Shown here: in pieces, positions 1 to 11,454 of the stretch
How the letters are laid out: each line of letters opens with the position of its first letter
How positions within the stretch are numbered: the stretch's first letter is position 1
Assembly (NCBI GenBank): GCA_013239625.1
Contig: MU053792.1
Span: 284,941 to 348,940, forward strand
Direction of reading: 5' to 3'
Length of the DNA stretch: 64,000 bases
Source of the DNA: Lama guanicoe
Lineage: Eukaryota
Program-made: the position numbers and the translations under genes
The notes under the pieces: model-generated
Databases searched by the model: none
What the model was told of the DNA's origin: nothing
The model's input: the letters and a program-made list of their open reading frames with translations, nothing else

Positions 1-170
1 GGAAACTGTGACTGTGACCTTATTGGGGCGGGGGAGGGGGATGGTCTTTGCAGATATAACTGAGTTAATGATTTTGAGATAAAATCATCCTGAATTACCC
101 TGGTGGGCCTTAAATGTAATGGTACATGTCCCTGTAAAAGACAGAAGAAGGGAAAAAGCCCCTGTGAAAA
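1..170 (+). mobile_element. MaLR LTR fragment (MLT1C/D-like), cut by window start
   Basis: Motifs 'tgtgaccttatt...ggtctttgcagat...gagataaaatcatcctgaattaccctggtgggccttaaat' match the recalled MLT1 consensus. Confidence 0.7.
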
Positions 171-205
171 TGAAAGATTCCCTGTGTGGGGAGGTTTCAC
201 TCCCC

Positions 206-206
<1 letters not shown>

Positions 207-239
<33 letters not shown>

Positions 240-419
240 CACACGCACACACCCACACACACACGCTCACACACACACTCACACACACACACCTCACATC
301 CAGAAACAAAGTCCACAAGGATGGAAGATAACTGAGACCACACACGCTCACACACACACTCACACACACACACCTCACACCCAGAAACAAAGTCCACAAG
401 GATGGAAGATAACTGAGAC
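207..419. repeat. (CA)n microsatellite followed by an 81-bp tandem duplication (258-338 / 339-419)
   Basis: Unit 'cacacacgctcacacacacactcacacacacacacctcaca[t/c]ccagaaacaaagtccacaaggatggaagataactgagac' occurs twice with one mismatch. Confidence 0.95.
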
Positions 420-689
420 TGAGGAGGTGTCTGTAATCTAGAATGCAGACACCACTGCATAATCTTTGTAACCATTTGATATGAACCAATTTAAAATGGT
501 GACTTCTTGAAGACAATTTGTGCTCTGTCAAATCTGAAAGATCATTTATGAACGATGCATGGGTTCTTCATACACTAAACTAAGTCACTTTATACATTTC
601 TGCCTGAAAAGAAATACGATCATTAATGCTATACAAGATGAGATAATGATAAATAATACTCGAATTCATAAAGGTGGCGCTGAGAATAC

Positions 690-763
690 CTTCCGATATT
701 CTCTTTAGTTCATCAGCTACTTTCATGACAGTTGAGAGCGTTACTGCGAAGTTCGTTTTGAGC
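690..763 (-). other. Candidate 74-nt exon, (R)LKTNFAVTLSTVMKVADELKRISE, gene unidentified
   Basis: Acceptor tattttgtcag|G and donor GAAG|gtattc; only one of three frames is open; 4 CpGs in 74 nt in CpG-poor DNA; start phase 2 matches the end of exon 10012-10173. Confidence 0.35.
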
Positions 764-1339
764 CTGACAAAATATATTGTGGTATCCAGAGAATATTTTT
801 TTAAATGAATAAAATTGGAATTCTTATTTTCCCTTTGAATTCTATGTTCAGATTTGACCAGAATCAGTTTGGCTATAGCTGGAAGCAATTAAGAATATGA
901 AGGAAGAATTAAAACCCTGAGAAATCGTTTTTATCTCTGATTGCAGAAGAGTTAAATTGTGAATTGGCCACAAGAGAGATCTTGTCATGATGACTTACGA
1001 ATTACAGAAACAGTTTTAGTTTGGGAAATAGACCTCATTAGTCCTAGATTTTACTCAGTGGTTTTCCAAGTAACCAAATATCACATTTATACTAAAGTGA
1101 AGCTCTTGATATTTCTTTCAATAAAAAAAATACAAGCACATTACTTTGATTATAACTGAAAGCTAAATTAGCATTAAGCCATAACTTCATTATAAGTTAG
1201 AATGAAGTAGCATTTTCCATGGCTGTAAAAACATGTGTATTTGCAAAACAGAAAATATATATGTAAGCAAAATATTTGAAAGAAAAGCATAAGGTAAATA
1301 ATACAAAGCTTTAAAAAAATTGCCTGGTAATTCAGCAAA

Positions 1340-1715
1340 AGCTTTATTTTAGCCCACTATTTTCCTGGTACCTCATTAGATTCTGAAGCTCTGCCAGTGA
1401 ATAAGACATTGTTTCTTCCTTTAAGAAATTTAAAGCATCATAGTATATACCGGTGAACATAATTTGTAAACAGACAGAGTTAGATGATGCTATGAAAGAA
1501 GAATAAAAGACCATTTATTTCATTCTTGGGAGTTTAGGAAGACAGTCTAGATTTGGCAGCTACATCAAGTCTAGATGAAATGTAGAAGCTAGCTAGAGAT
1601 ATGTAGGAGGGTATTCTTGCAAAGGATACAAGGTATAAAAAACAAATACATTGCATATGAAAAGAGTAACAAGTTTACAAGAAACTGCAACTAAAATTCA
1701 TCCACTGGAGTTCAA
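1340..1715 (-). mobile_element. L2 LINE 3' part, interrupted by the L1 at 1731-2935
   Basis: 'cagtgaataagacattgtttcttcctttaagaaattta' and the purine-rich body are typical of antisense L2. Confidence 0.5.
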
Positions 1716-1730
1716 TCAAGAAAAAAAAAA

Positions 1731-2935
1731 CATGTCTTGGCTATTTTAAATAGTGCTGCTATGAACACTGGGGTGCAGGTGTCATCCTGAAGTAGGGTTC
1801 CTTCTGGATATATGTCCAGGAGCAGATGACTGGGTCATATGGCAAGTCGATTCCTAGTCTTTTGAGGAATCTCCATACTGTTTTCCTCAGTGGCTGCACC
1901 AAACTGCATTCCCACCAGCAGTGAAGGAGGGTTGCCTTTTCTCCACAGCCTCTCCAACATTTGTCATTTGTAGACTTTTGAATGATGGCCATTCTGGCTA
2001 GTGTGAAGTGATACTTCATCATAGTTTTGATTTGCATTTCTCTGATAATTAGTGATACTGACCATTTTTTCATGTGCCTGTTGATCATTTGCATTTCTTC
2101 CTTGGAGAATTGCTTGTTTAGGTCTTCTGCCCATTTTTGGATTGGGTTGTTTGTATTTTTCTTATGAAGTCGTATGAGCTGCTTATGTATTCTGGAGATG
2201 AAGCCTTTGTCAATTTCATTGTTTGCAAAATTTTTCTCCCATTCCATAGGTTGTCTTTTTGTTTTACTTATGGTTTCCTTTGCTGTGCAGAAGCTTGTAA
2301 GTTTAATTAGGTTCCATTTGTTTATTCTTGCTTTTATTTCTATTGCTTGGGTAGACTGCCCTAGGAGAACATTTATGAGGTGAATGTGAGATAATGTTTT
2401 GCCTATATTTTCTTCTAGGAGGTTTATTGTATCTTTTCTTATGTTTAAGTTGTGGTATATTTATACAATGGAATACTTTTCAGCCGTAAAAAAACGACAA
2501 CATAACACAATTTGCAGCAACATGGATGTTCCTGGAGAATGTCATTCTAAGTGAAGTAAGCCAGAAAGAGAAAGAAAAACACCATATGAGCGATCTCTAA
2601 AAAATCTAAAAAAAAAAAAAAAGAACATAAATACAAAACAGAAACAGACTCATAAACAAAGAATAACTTGTGGTTGCCAAGGGGGTGGAGGGTGGGAAGG
2701 AACAGACTGGAATTTCAAAATTGTAGACACTGACAGGCATATGCAGAATAGATAAACAAGATTATACTGTATAGCACAGGGAAATATATACAAGATCTTG
2801 TGTTAGCTCAGGGTGAAAAAAATGTGACAATGAATAATGTATGCTCATGTATAATTGAAAAATTGTGCTCTACACTGGAATTTGACACAACATTGTAAAA
2901 TGACTATAACTCAATAAAAAATGTTAAAAAAAAAA
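1731..2935 (+). mobile_element. Young L1, 5'-truncated with 5' inversion (antisense 1731-2450; sense 2447-2935 with poly(A))
   Basis: Minus ORF 1759-2247 is L1 ORF2 C-terminal ([25 protein letters not shown]); then a sense 3'UTR ending caataaaaaatgttaaaaaaaaaa; imperfect TSD A-run+catg on both sides. Confidence 0.93.
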
Positions 2936-3169
2936 GAACCATGGTGGGTATTTTCATGGGCAAAAACAACCACAAACCCACGTGGCAAGCTGCCCCTTTT
3001 GTTTCTGTATCATTCAGAGACATATAATTTCCTTTTTCCAGAAGTTTCTACTAACCTTGTTTTGGTATTCCTCTCATTCTTTTCTTTCTTTTTAAAAACA
3101 TTTTAGATAAGAAAAATCCAATGTTAAAATGGGTTCCAAAAAATTAAAAGAGTACTGAAAGAAAAGAAA

Positions 3170-4080
3170 AAAGAAAAAAATTCATAGGAGGTGAGGCTCC
3201 AGAGGCAGTGGCTGGTAAGCATGGTTCTTGCATGCTGTTCTAGGAAGTGTGACCTCTGTAGGGTGCAGGTAATGGGTAGCACTGTGCAATCAGAGGGAGG
3301 CAGTAAAGTTATCAGTTTTAACTTTTAGGCAGTTCATTTTAAGCCACAATCAATATGAATTCAAAGGAAAAGAGACAGTATCAAATAAACCTAAAAATTA
3401 GATTAGAAGGAATGGGCTTAAGGTAAGGGAAAACTTAGAAAAAAATTCAATATTAAGTCATAAACAATTTAGTGGACATGTAGTAAAAGAGAAAGGGAAA
3501 TTTTGGATTAATTTCCTCTTTTTTTAACTTTAATAAATGAGTAGTGCCATCAACTGAAGGTATTAAGAAGGAACAGGAGATGATGAATTCATTATTGACA
3601 TCAAAATTGAAATGTTTAGCAAGATTGAAATATCTATCACATAAGAGGGTATATGCGTATGAAGCTTAGGAATTCAATCAGGGATGGAGATTCCTGTTTG
3701 GGGGTCATCATTATACAAGAGTAGTGAAAATAGAGAAATGGGATTACTCAAGATGTGGGATGAGATTAGGACTGACTGAAGTCAGAATTTCAGTGAACAC
3801 CAGAGACTAATGGAAAGGCAAAGAAACTCGAAGACAGAACCGAGACACAGAAAAAAAAAAATGAGTAAGAAAGAGTTGGAGAATGGGACATGCTTATAGA
3901 GACAGTAGGGTCACAAAAATCAATCATGCAGAATTTTTGGAAAGTGGTGCATGGTCATCAAGAAAGCATCACTGGAAATAATCCATTGGATTTGGCAGAA
4001 GGATGTTTATTGTTGACTTGCCAAGAGCAGTTTCAATGGAGCAAAACAAATATAAAACATACTGTTACAAAATAAGTGAA
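3170..4080 (-). mobile_element. L2 LINE body (continuation)
   Basis: Motifs 'gggatggagattcctgtttgggggtcatcatt' and 'ccattggatttggcagaagg...tgacttgccaagagcagtttcaatggag'. Confidence 0.65.
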
Positions 4081-4225
4081 GACTTTAATTTTATAAGCAG
4101 TGAATTGACACCATTTCTGATCCTGCTGCAAATTCAAGCAAAATGATACTAAGTATTTTTGAGAGCTAAAAGACCAAAAAGACAAAGGGGAAAAAAAGAC
4201 GATAGTACACACAATGTTAATTTTA

Positions 4226-4801
4226 TTTTCTTTTCATTTTAACATTTTTTATTGATTTATAATCATTTTACAATGTTGTGTCAAATTCCAGTGTTCAGTA
4301 CAATTTTTCAGTCATTCATGGACATATACACACTCCTTGTCACATTTTTTTCTCTGTGAGTTATAACATTTTGTGTATATTTCCCTGTGATATACAGTGT
4401 AATCTTGTTTATCTATTCTACAATTTTGAAATCCCTGTCTATCCCTTCCCACCCTCCACCCCCCTGGTAACCACAAGTCTGTATTCTCTGTCTGTGAGTC
4501 TATTTCTGTCCTGTATTTATGCTTTGTTTTTGTTTGTTTGTTTGTTTTTGTTTTTGTTTTTTAAATTCCACATGTGAGCGATCTCATATGGTATTTTTCT
4601 TTCTCTTTCTGGCTTACTTTACTTAGAATGACATTCTCCAGGAGCATCCATGTTGCTGCAAATGGCGTTATGTTGTCGGTTTTTATGGCTGAGTAGTATT
4701 CCATTGTATAAATACACCACCTCTTCTTTATCCAGTCACCTGTTGATGGACATTTAGGCTGTTTCCATGTTTTGGCTATTGTATATAGTGCTGCTCTGAA
4801 C
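4226..4801 (-). mobile_element. Young 5'-truncated L1 3' end with perfect TSD
   Basis: Minus ORF contains L1 ORF2 tail (AALYTIAKTWKQPKCPS..MEYYSAIK); T-rich tail at left; identical 16-mer cacaatgttaatttta at 4210-4225 and 4802-4817. Confidence 0.95.
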
Positions 4802-5396
4802 CACAATGTTAATTTTAGAATGTGGAAAGCATGCATGTAAATAGTAATTGACTGTATGTAAGAAAGCCAGAACATGACAGCCTAAAGGACGGCAATAAAA
4901 AGCACGACCACTTGTGTTGCAGGACTATTGTAAGTTTCAAGAATTGGCGGTGCAGTAACCTCTGAGTGTACGAGTAACTCTGGGTGTGAAGAAAGGCTAA
5001 AAGCAAAAGACCTGTTAAAAGTTTGTTTTCAGTAGTAGTCGCTTCTGAGATATTTTCCATCAGTCCAAGCAAACAGGCAATTGCTCTTCCTTGAGCTTCT
5101 GCAGAAGGAAATAAGTTTAATCTCTGGAGGTGCTGAATCACAGATACTGCACAGTGGAGATAAATTTGAACAGTTGAGGTCAAAGATGAGACAGACTCCT
5201 GAACACCTGAGATACAGGGATTGATAGCGTATGAGTGGTCATACTCCTGCCCCAGTGTTGCCTGGCTCCTTTGCCCTTACTCTGTGGGCAAATGATTGGA
5301 GAACCACTTCCCAGGGAAACCTCCCTGAAGAAGAATAGAAAACCATTAATCCTATCTAAAAGAACTTGTAATCCACCCCAAATAAACAAAACAAAA

Positions 5397-5488
5397 GTAA
5401 GGTTCATGATTAAATTGTAAGGTTCATGATTAAATATATACACACACACACACACACACACATATACAACATATATAAACATATATAA
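5397..5488. repeat. 20-bp tandem duplication (gtaaggttcatgattaaat x2) followed by (CA)n/(TA)n
   Basis: Copies at 5397-5415 and 5417-5435; CA run to ~5462. Confidence 0.9.
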
Positions 5489-5759
5489 TGAAGTGTTTCA
5501 TTATCACTTTAAAAATAGCAAAACATATCTAATATATCTCTCAGATAATAGCAGAAATTTTCAAAAGTTTAAGTCAGAATGACAAAACATTAACTTTATT
5601 GCAATTGTCACAAAATCAGAATATCAATAAATGCTGAAAATAATGCTCCCTTTAAATAATATAAAACATTACCTCCCATAGTTCAGAGAGCTAAATCTAT
5701 TTTATTTCTTCTAGGAAACACCTTTCTCTTTTGCCTTTCAGAGCTGGTTTTCCTCAAAG

Positions 5760-6328
5760 GCAGAGCAGAGTAACCATGCTCTATGATCTATTCTCTAATT
5801 TTTCTTTAACAATAGAATCTCTGATTTTTATCTAAGGATCTAACTTTTCATTATATAGACCAAATTTACCATCCTTTTTTCATCACTAAGTTCTGGCCAA
5901 TAGGCTGTAAACAGGAGGCTTTGGGGATAGTCAATTTTGTGTGTCAACTTGACTGGTCCACACGTTGCTCAATATTAGATGAAGTATCATTCTGGTGTGT
6001 CTGTGAGGGTGTTTCTGCATGAGATTAATATTTGAATTGGTAGACTGTGTAAACAGATTTTCTTTCCCAGTGTAGGTGAACCTCATCTAATCCACTGAAG
6101 TCCTGAATCCAGCAAAAGACTGACAAGAAGCAAGAAAGAATTCTGTCTCTGCCTAATGGTCTTCCAGCTGGGACACCGGTCTTCACTAGTCTTCTGCCTT
6201 CGGATTCAAATCCCCATTTACACCATCAGCTCTTCTGGTCTTAGATCCTCAGATAATAGATTTGAAACTTCAGCTTCCATAACAGCATGAGCTCATATAG
6301 TAAATCTTATGATAAATCTCTTTTATTC

Positions 6329-6380
<52 letters not shown>

Positions 6381-6740
6381 CTTTCTGTGTGTGTGTGTGT
6401 GTGTACATCCTATTGTTTCTTTCCTCTGGAGAACTGTGACTAATAACAGGCCTTACAGAGATATAGAGACAAATCTTCAGGAAGAAAAAAAGTCCCACCT
6501 TTTCTGTGCTTTATATGGACATGATGGATACAGCTCAAGCAGCCAATCCTGATGTGTTTCAGGGAAGACAAATGCCAAGACAAGTCAGAAGGAACTCGGT
6601 AGCTGGTACCCATGAGCAGTATGTCAGCTGGGCTCCCGACCTTAGGGCTTATTTTATGTGGGAGAAAAGTAAAACTCTATCTTATTTAAGACACTGTTAT
6701 TTTTTTCACCACTCAGAAAGAAACCTCATTCTGATATATG
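5760..6740 (+). mobile_element. Old MLT1 (I/J/K-like) LTR split by a nested MLT2 LTR
   Basis: 'ttctggccaatagg' at the 5' side and 'atgtgggagaaaagtaaaactctatcttatttaagacactgtt' at the 3' end. Confidence 0.5.
5922..6448 (+). mobile_element. MLT2 (ERVL) solo LTR containing (TATC)n and (TG)n
   Basis: Starts '...aattttgtgtgtcaacttgactgg', ends 'ctctggagaactgtgactaataaca'; flanks ggctt/ggcct resemble a 5-bp TSD. Confidence 0.85.
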
Positions 6741-7284
6741 TCCCCCAAAACAATCTCATAAAAGCTACTGGTTTTAAATACTTGGTTCAATTATAGTCAA
6801 ATTCTCCAGGGTATACCTTCCTTAATATGTTCTTTCCAGGCTCCTGGAGGCAGGCTTATTTTCCAATATAAAAGAAAGTGATAACAAAGCTGCATGATTC
6901 ACTGAGAGCATAGACTTCATGCCAATGAACTAATTTTTATACTTACAAACAATAAGTAAGTAAAAAGATGTAAGGATAAATCAATGATATTTTAAAGTTT
7001 GGTTTTTTTAATCTAAAAATATATTTCCTGTGTGTGTGTATATATGTGTATATATGTATATTTGTATAAGGTGGCTTTTAACCACAACATGAAAAGAAAA
7101 GAAAAAGTCACATTTATATACACACATATTCATATATTTTTGTTTGTTTTTTGTAGATCACCAACATTATATATGGGTCCATTACATTAATGATTGAGTC
7201 TAGCTCCTAGGTGTGCAAATTATGTAACATAATGCATCACAGGAAAGGATTCACAGTGGTGACCAAACCAAATGAAAGGAACCC

Positions 7285-7525
7285 TAGAGCACGGTGATTT
7301 AGACAGTGGGATCTTTGGTCAAGTAGTCAGGATTCAAATCTCAGAAATACCAATTATCTCTGAGCAACTACTGTTTTAACCTCTGTAAGCCTACTTTCAA
7401 ATGTGTAAAATGGGGGTAAAGACAGTAACCACTAAGCTTGGTTGTCTTGATTGCAAGAGATGATTCATGTAAATAGTTTAGCACAATGCCTGGAATGTGA
7501 TGAGCAGCTAATTGTTGTCATCATT
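7285..7525 (+). mobile_element. MIR SINE
   Basis: 'ggattcaaatctcag', 'taacctctgtaagcct..tgtaaaatgggg', 'tttagcacaatgcctgg'. Confidence 0.75.
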
Positions 7526-9643
7526 AATATCAGTAATGGGATATGTGGCAGACATTTATGTGGACACTTAATACCATGGACCAGAAAGATTGAAAGTCAC
7601 AGCTAATATTTTTAAAAGTCTGTAGCTAAAGCTCATAAACTTGAGAACCTGATTTGTTCAGCCTTACAAAATCCCAGAAGCGTATGTGATATGTTCCTAC
7701 AACTTCTATCATCCTCTCAAGGATTAACTACAAGAAGACAGAGCCACTTACAGAGCAATAGACATAGACGGGGGAGGGGCAATAGAATGGAATCTCAAGA
7801 CCACGTTTGGGAGGCAGATGCTTTCCTGTGGGAAATGTTGCTGGGGAGACTGGAGCAGTGACCCAGTTACATGAAAATCAGCCAGCAGAAGAGGTCAAGG
7901 AGGGTGTCAACCGGAGTTTCTCAAGTAGGTTGAAGAACTCAAGTTGAATCAGCCTATATACTGCAATGCCCTCACAGCATTGGCCTCTGCAAGAGCTGAA
8001 TGGTGTTTTGGGAAAAGGCCTGAACAGTAACGGTGTGGGACAGGAGTACCAGGGCACCATTCAACTCTTTATGAACAGCAAAGGTAGCCACCAAATGCCC
8101 TCCACTTCTTTGGGTGGCTGCCCAGCAGTTAAAAATGTTCACTTCTTCCCTTTTTGCTTTATAAATTCGAGCACATTATCACTTACTATTGAAAACACAT
8201 GGTAAACCCATTAGGGGAATACCTTCAAATGAACAAAGGATTAGTCCTAACATTAGAATTACAAGAGTGACCCTTACAAATTTGCTAATTATTTTCCCTT
8301 CTGTACATATTAGCAATGCCTTTTGTCTACATTTGCATTTTCATATGCTTACAACACACTCGTTTGTGTTGTCTGCATTTATAAACGGTTACTTCATGAC
8401 AGCCGTCCTAAATAATTGACCGGTCTCACTCCAGAGAGTACAAACCAACCTATTCACACCCTCTCCCACATGCCACTGAGATGCACGTGACAAAAACAGA
8501 TCAACTCAAAGATGTGATTCAGGAAGCTAATTGTCAGTTCGTATCTGCTGTCGTAAACTGAGATTTGTCTGGGCAACTTGCCATATGTTTTTTCAATCTT
8601 CCGTCCCGGTATTCAGTTCTGATTTTCTATTTCTATCATTCAAAGGTGTTGATTTTGTTGTAACTCTGGGACAAACTTGCATATGCTTCATTGTTTAAAA
8701 AGTAATAGGTTGTTTTTCTCTAGGGAAGGACTCTAAGAAGCAAAAATTTGAATAATATTTTGTTCTAATAATAACTGGGGACCAAGAGTGCTGACCATGT
8801 TGACCAAAGGCTTAGAGATAAGAAATAACCTTTAATGTTTTCTTTTGATACAACCATAAATGTCATCTCTGATTATTTATTTACTAAATATTTATTAAGA
8901 ATTCAATAAATTGCTAGACCTTAGGGCTTCTTCAGTGAGCAAGTTACTAGACACAATTTATGCCAGGATCTAAGGGTTCTGAATTAATAGCATATTGAAC
9001 AGAAATTTTGGGGTTATCCCAAAATGACAAAGTACAGTCTGGGATTCAAAGATAAGTAAGGTCATGCCTGTATTCAAGGAGCTAGCAGTGCTGACAGACA
9101 CTTAGAATGGTAACTGGCAACTGTTATAACAACTTTATGAACAAAGTGACTGAAAACACGTGGGAGGAGGTTTTAACCCCGTATAAGCCAAGGACATTTC
9201 CTTGGAGGAGGCAATGCCTAGAATGTGTTCAAAAGCTAAACACGAAATACAGAATTTCTTATTCAGAAATGCCAAATAAGAACACAGAATAAGAAATAAT
9301 GAAGAGTAGATGGAAGGCCATTGCAAGTAGCAACAGCACATGTGAGGGCCAGAGCCGATGGAGAGCTTGGCTCTTTTCCACACATGGCTGGTCTATGAGG
9401 GTGAAGGTGAGGCTGGAGAGGGGACGTGGGGACAAAAGAAGGGTGGTCAACTCCTTCTCAAGGGGCTCTACCTGAGTGGAGAAGCTGAGAATCCCATGCT
9501 AAACAGCACACTGAGGACAGCTCATCTTCTCAAAGATACCCATCCCCCGCCTCAATTAATCAAACACAAAGCTGACATGTAAACACTGAGTTAATTGACT
9601 GGTTTATAAAGGAAAGTAACTTTCCCAGGGGTCTGTAACTTAC

Positions 9644-9681
9644 GCAAGTAGGAACATCCTATTCTTTCCCTACAGGCTGAC
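9644..9681 (-). other. Candidate 38-nt exon, (R)SACRERIGCSYL
   Basis: Acceptor ctgcctttatag|G and consensus donor TTGC|gtaagt; in frame with exon 10012-10173. Confidence 0.3.
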
Positions 9682-10011
9682 CTATAAAGGCAGCCAATCA
9701 CACTTAGAAGCCTGTTTGGGGAAGGCAGAGTCAAAGCCAAGAGACGTTGAATTGATCCACATATTGGGGGCATAGGACAATATGACTTGGTTCATTACTT
9801 CCCCAATCAGATAATCTTGCCAATGGGGGAGAAAATTGCATTTCACAGGCTAATGCCTTTTCTCTCCCTGCAAGGGTATTTCAGTGGCTTCAGTAACCCT
9901 GCTTGTTTTATTTTCCTGAGTCCCGGGCTGTACAATAAGCATTTTGCATACTGTTTCCCACCATAAAATGATGTAGCCAGTATAGGGCTGGGCTAAGATT
10001 TAATACGTTAC

Positions 10012-10173
10012 CTGTGTAACATGCATGTTTCAGTGACCAACAGTTTTTCCTTCTCATTGTCATGTCCTTGAATAGCTGGTAGAATCTGGCTTGAATTTGA
10101 GAGCTGGTTCTGTCGCCTGTTAACTGTGGGACCTTGTTCAAGGTAATTTAGCTCTTTGTTTAGATCCAAATTC
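10012..10173 (-). other. Candidate 162-nt exon, NLDLNKELNYLEQGPTVNRRQNQLSNSSQILPAIQGHDNEKEKLLVTETCMLH(R), gene unidentified
   Basis: Strong acceptor tttctccctctcttcctggacag|G and donor CAG|gtaacg; only one frame open; symmetric phase 2-2. Confidence 0.45.
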
Positions 10174-10510
10174 CTGTCCAGGAAGAGAGGGAGAAATATA
10201 TACATATAGATACATGCACACGCTCACGTGTGTCTGTATTTAGTATGTAGTGGGATATAATTTTCAATAAAAAGTATCTATATTATTGCAGTAATAACTT
10301 CAACTACAAACAATTCATTTGCACTTCTTTAGTCCATTCTGCCTTTTTCAAGTTATTTTGCATTTATCTGCTTTGGTCCCCTAAGTCCTGCTTTCTCAAA
10401 GTCCTGCTTTCAAAGGCAATGCCAAGTCAGAAATCCTCATTGAAACCCTGATGAGACCGCGTACTGATAAGAATTAGTGGACTGAAATCTAGAAGACCCA
10501 ATACATTCAC

Positions 10511-10583
10511 TTGTTTGGAGTGCCCAGAAGATGACAATTTTCTCTCCAGGGAAAAGGTAACTTGTATCTCCCACTGACTCTTC
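10511..10583 (-). other. Candidate 73-nt exon, RVSGRYKLPFPWRENCHLLGTPN(K) in the frame joining the next exon
   Basis: Acceptor ctctttattctccctctag|G and donor CAA|gtgaat. Confidence 0.35.
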
Positions 10584-11370
10584 CTAGAGGGAGAATAAAG
10601 AGGATTTATAATTGTTTAGTAAGTTTTTGAAAGGTCTTAAACTTCCGTATAAATATAGCTAAGCAATTCTCATAATCTCAAAACTCAAAATGATGTCTAT
10701 GCAGTGAAACCTGCAAAATGAGGCCAATCACTGCTCCTGGAGCATCAGCCATATTTCAGTATGACTCCCATTTTAACTGCAAGTGTGGTAGAGGGGTAAT
10801 GAAACTCTCATAAATGGGACGCAGTTAAGCACACAAAATAGCAAGAGAAAGTCTGAAAGCTAGTCATGGTCCTACGCGTCTGTGTAGCAATTTGCAAGCC
10901 AGTGCTTCCCTGTTATGTAGATTAACTTGGATGCTTGTCAGCAGTTTCAGATCTTTTTTAGAGCAAGAGGAACCATGGTTATCTCTTCAAGCTTAAGTAG
11001 AAAGCATTTTATGTCATCTCTAGATGAATGAAGCATTTTATTGAAAAGGAAGTAACTTTTATTTTCAAGTTTATTGCTATACCACCAAATTTATGGGAGT
11101 AACTTTCGGGTGGTACAACGCAGGACAGAAAAGATGGCATGTGTCTGTATCATTCTATGTGGTTTGAGATGTATTTTTTAAAGTGTGTCCACACTATGTT
11201 TTGATATTTTATATTGACCTAATTGTACTAAGTAATCATATTTATTCACTTTTTAGCTATCTGAAAATGAGCCCAGAGGCTTTGGAAATGAATTCCTAAG
11301 AAAAATATTGAATTATTTGGTGTCTATAAATGAAGCAGACAATGAAGCACCTCGGCCTTTTGTCACATAC

Positions 11371-11454
11371 ATAATCTGATAGATTTGCATTTCAGTTTAT
11401 TTGTTCCTCTTCCACAAAAGTGGAGAAATTCATTATCTTTAGGGATGCTGGACC
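11371..11454 (-). other. Candidate 84-nt exon preceded by an 81-nt intron (donor CCCAG|gtgagt at 11536)
   Basis: Acceptor cactttctttttcag|G and donor TTAT|gtatgt; joining to 10583 gives stops, so non-coding or pseudogenised. Confidence 0.35.

Noticed and set aside
85..531. Long ORFs (148, 112, 92 aa) at the window start
   Set aside because: They stay open because of the CA microsatellite and duplication (CVCV/THTH runs); not coding.
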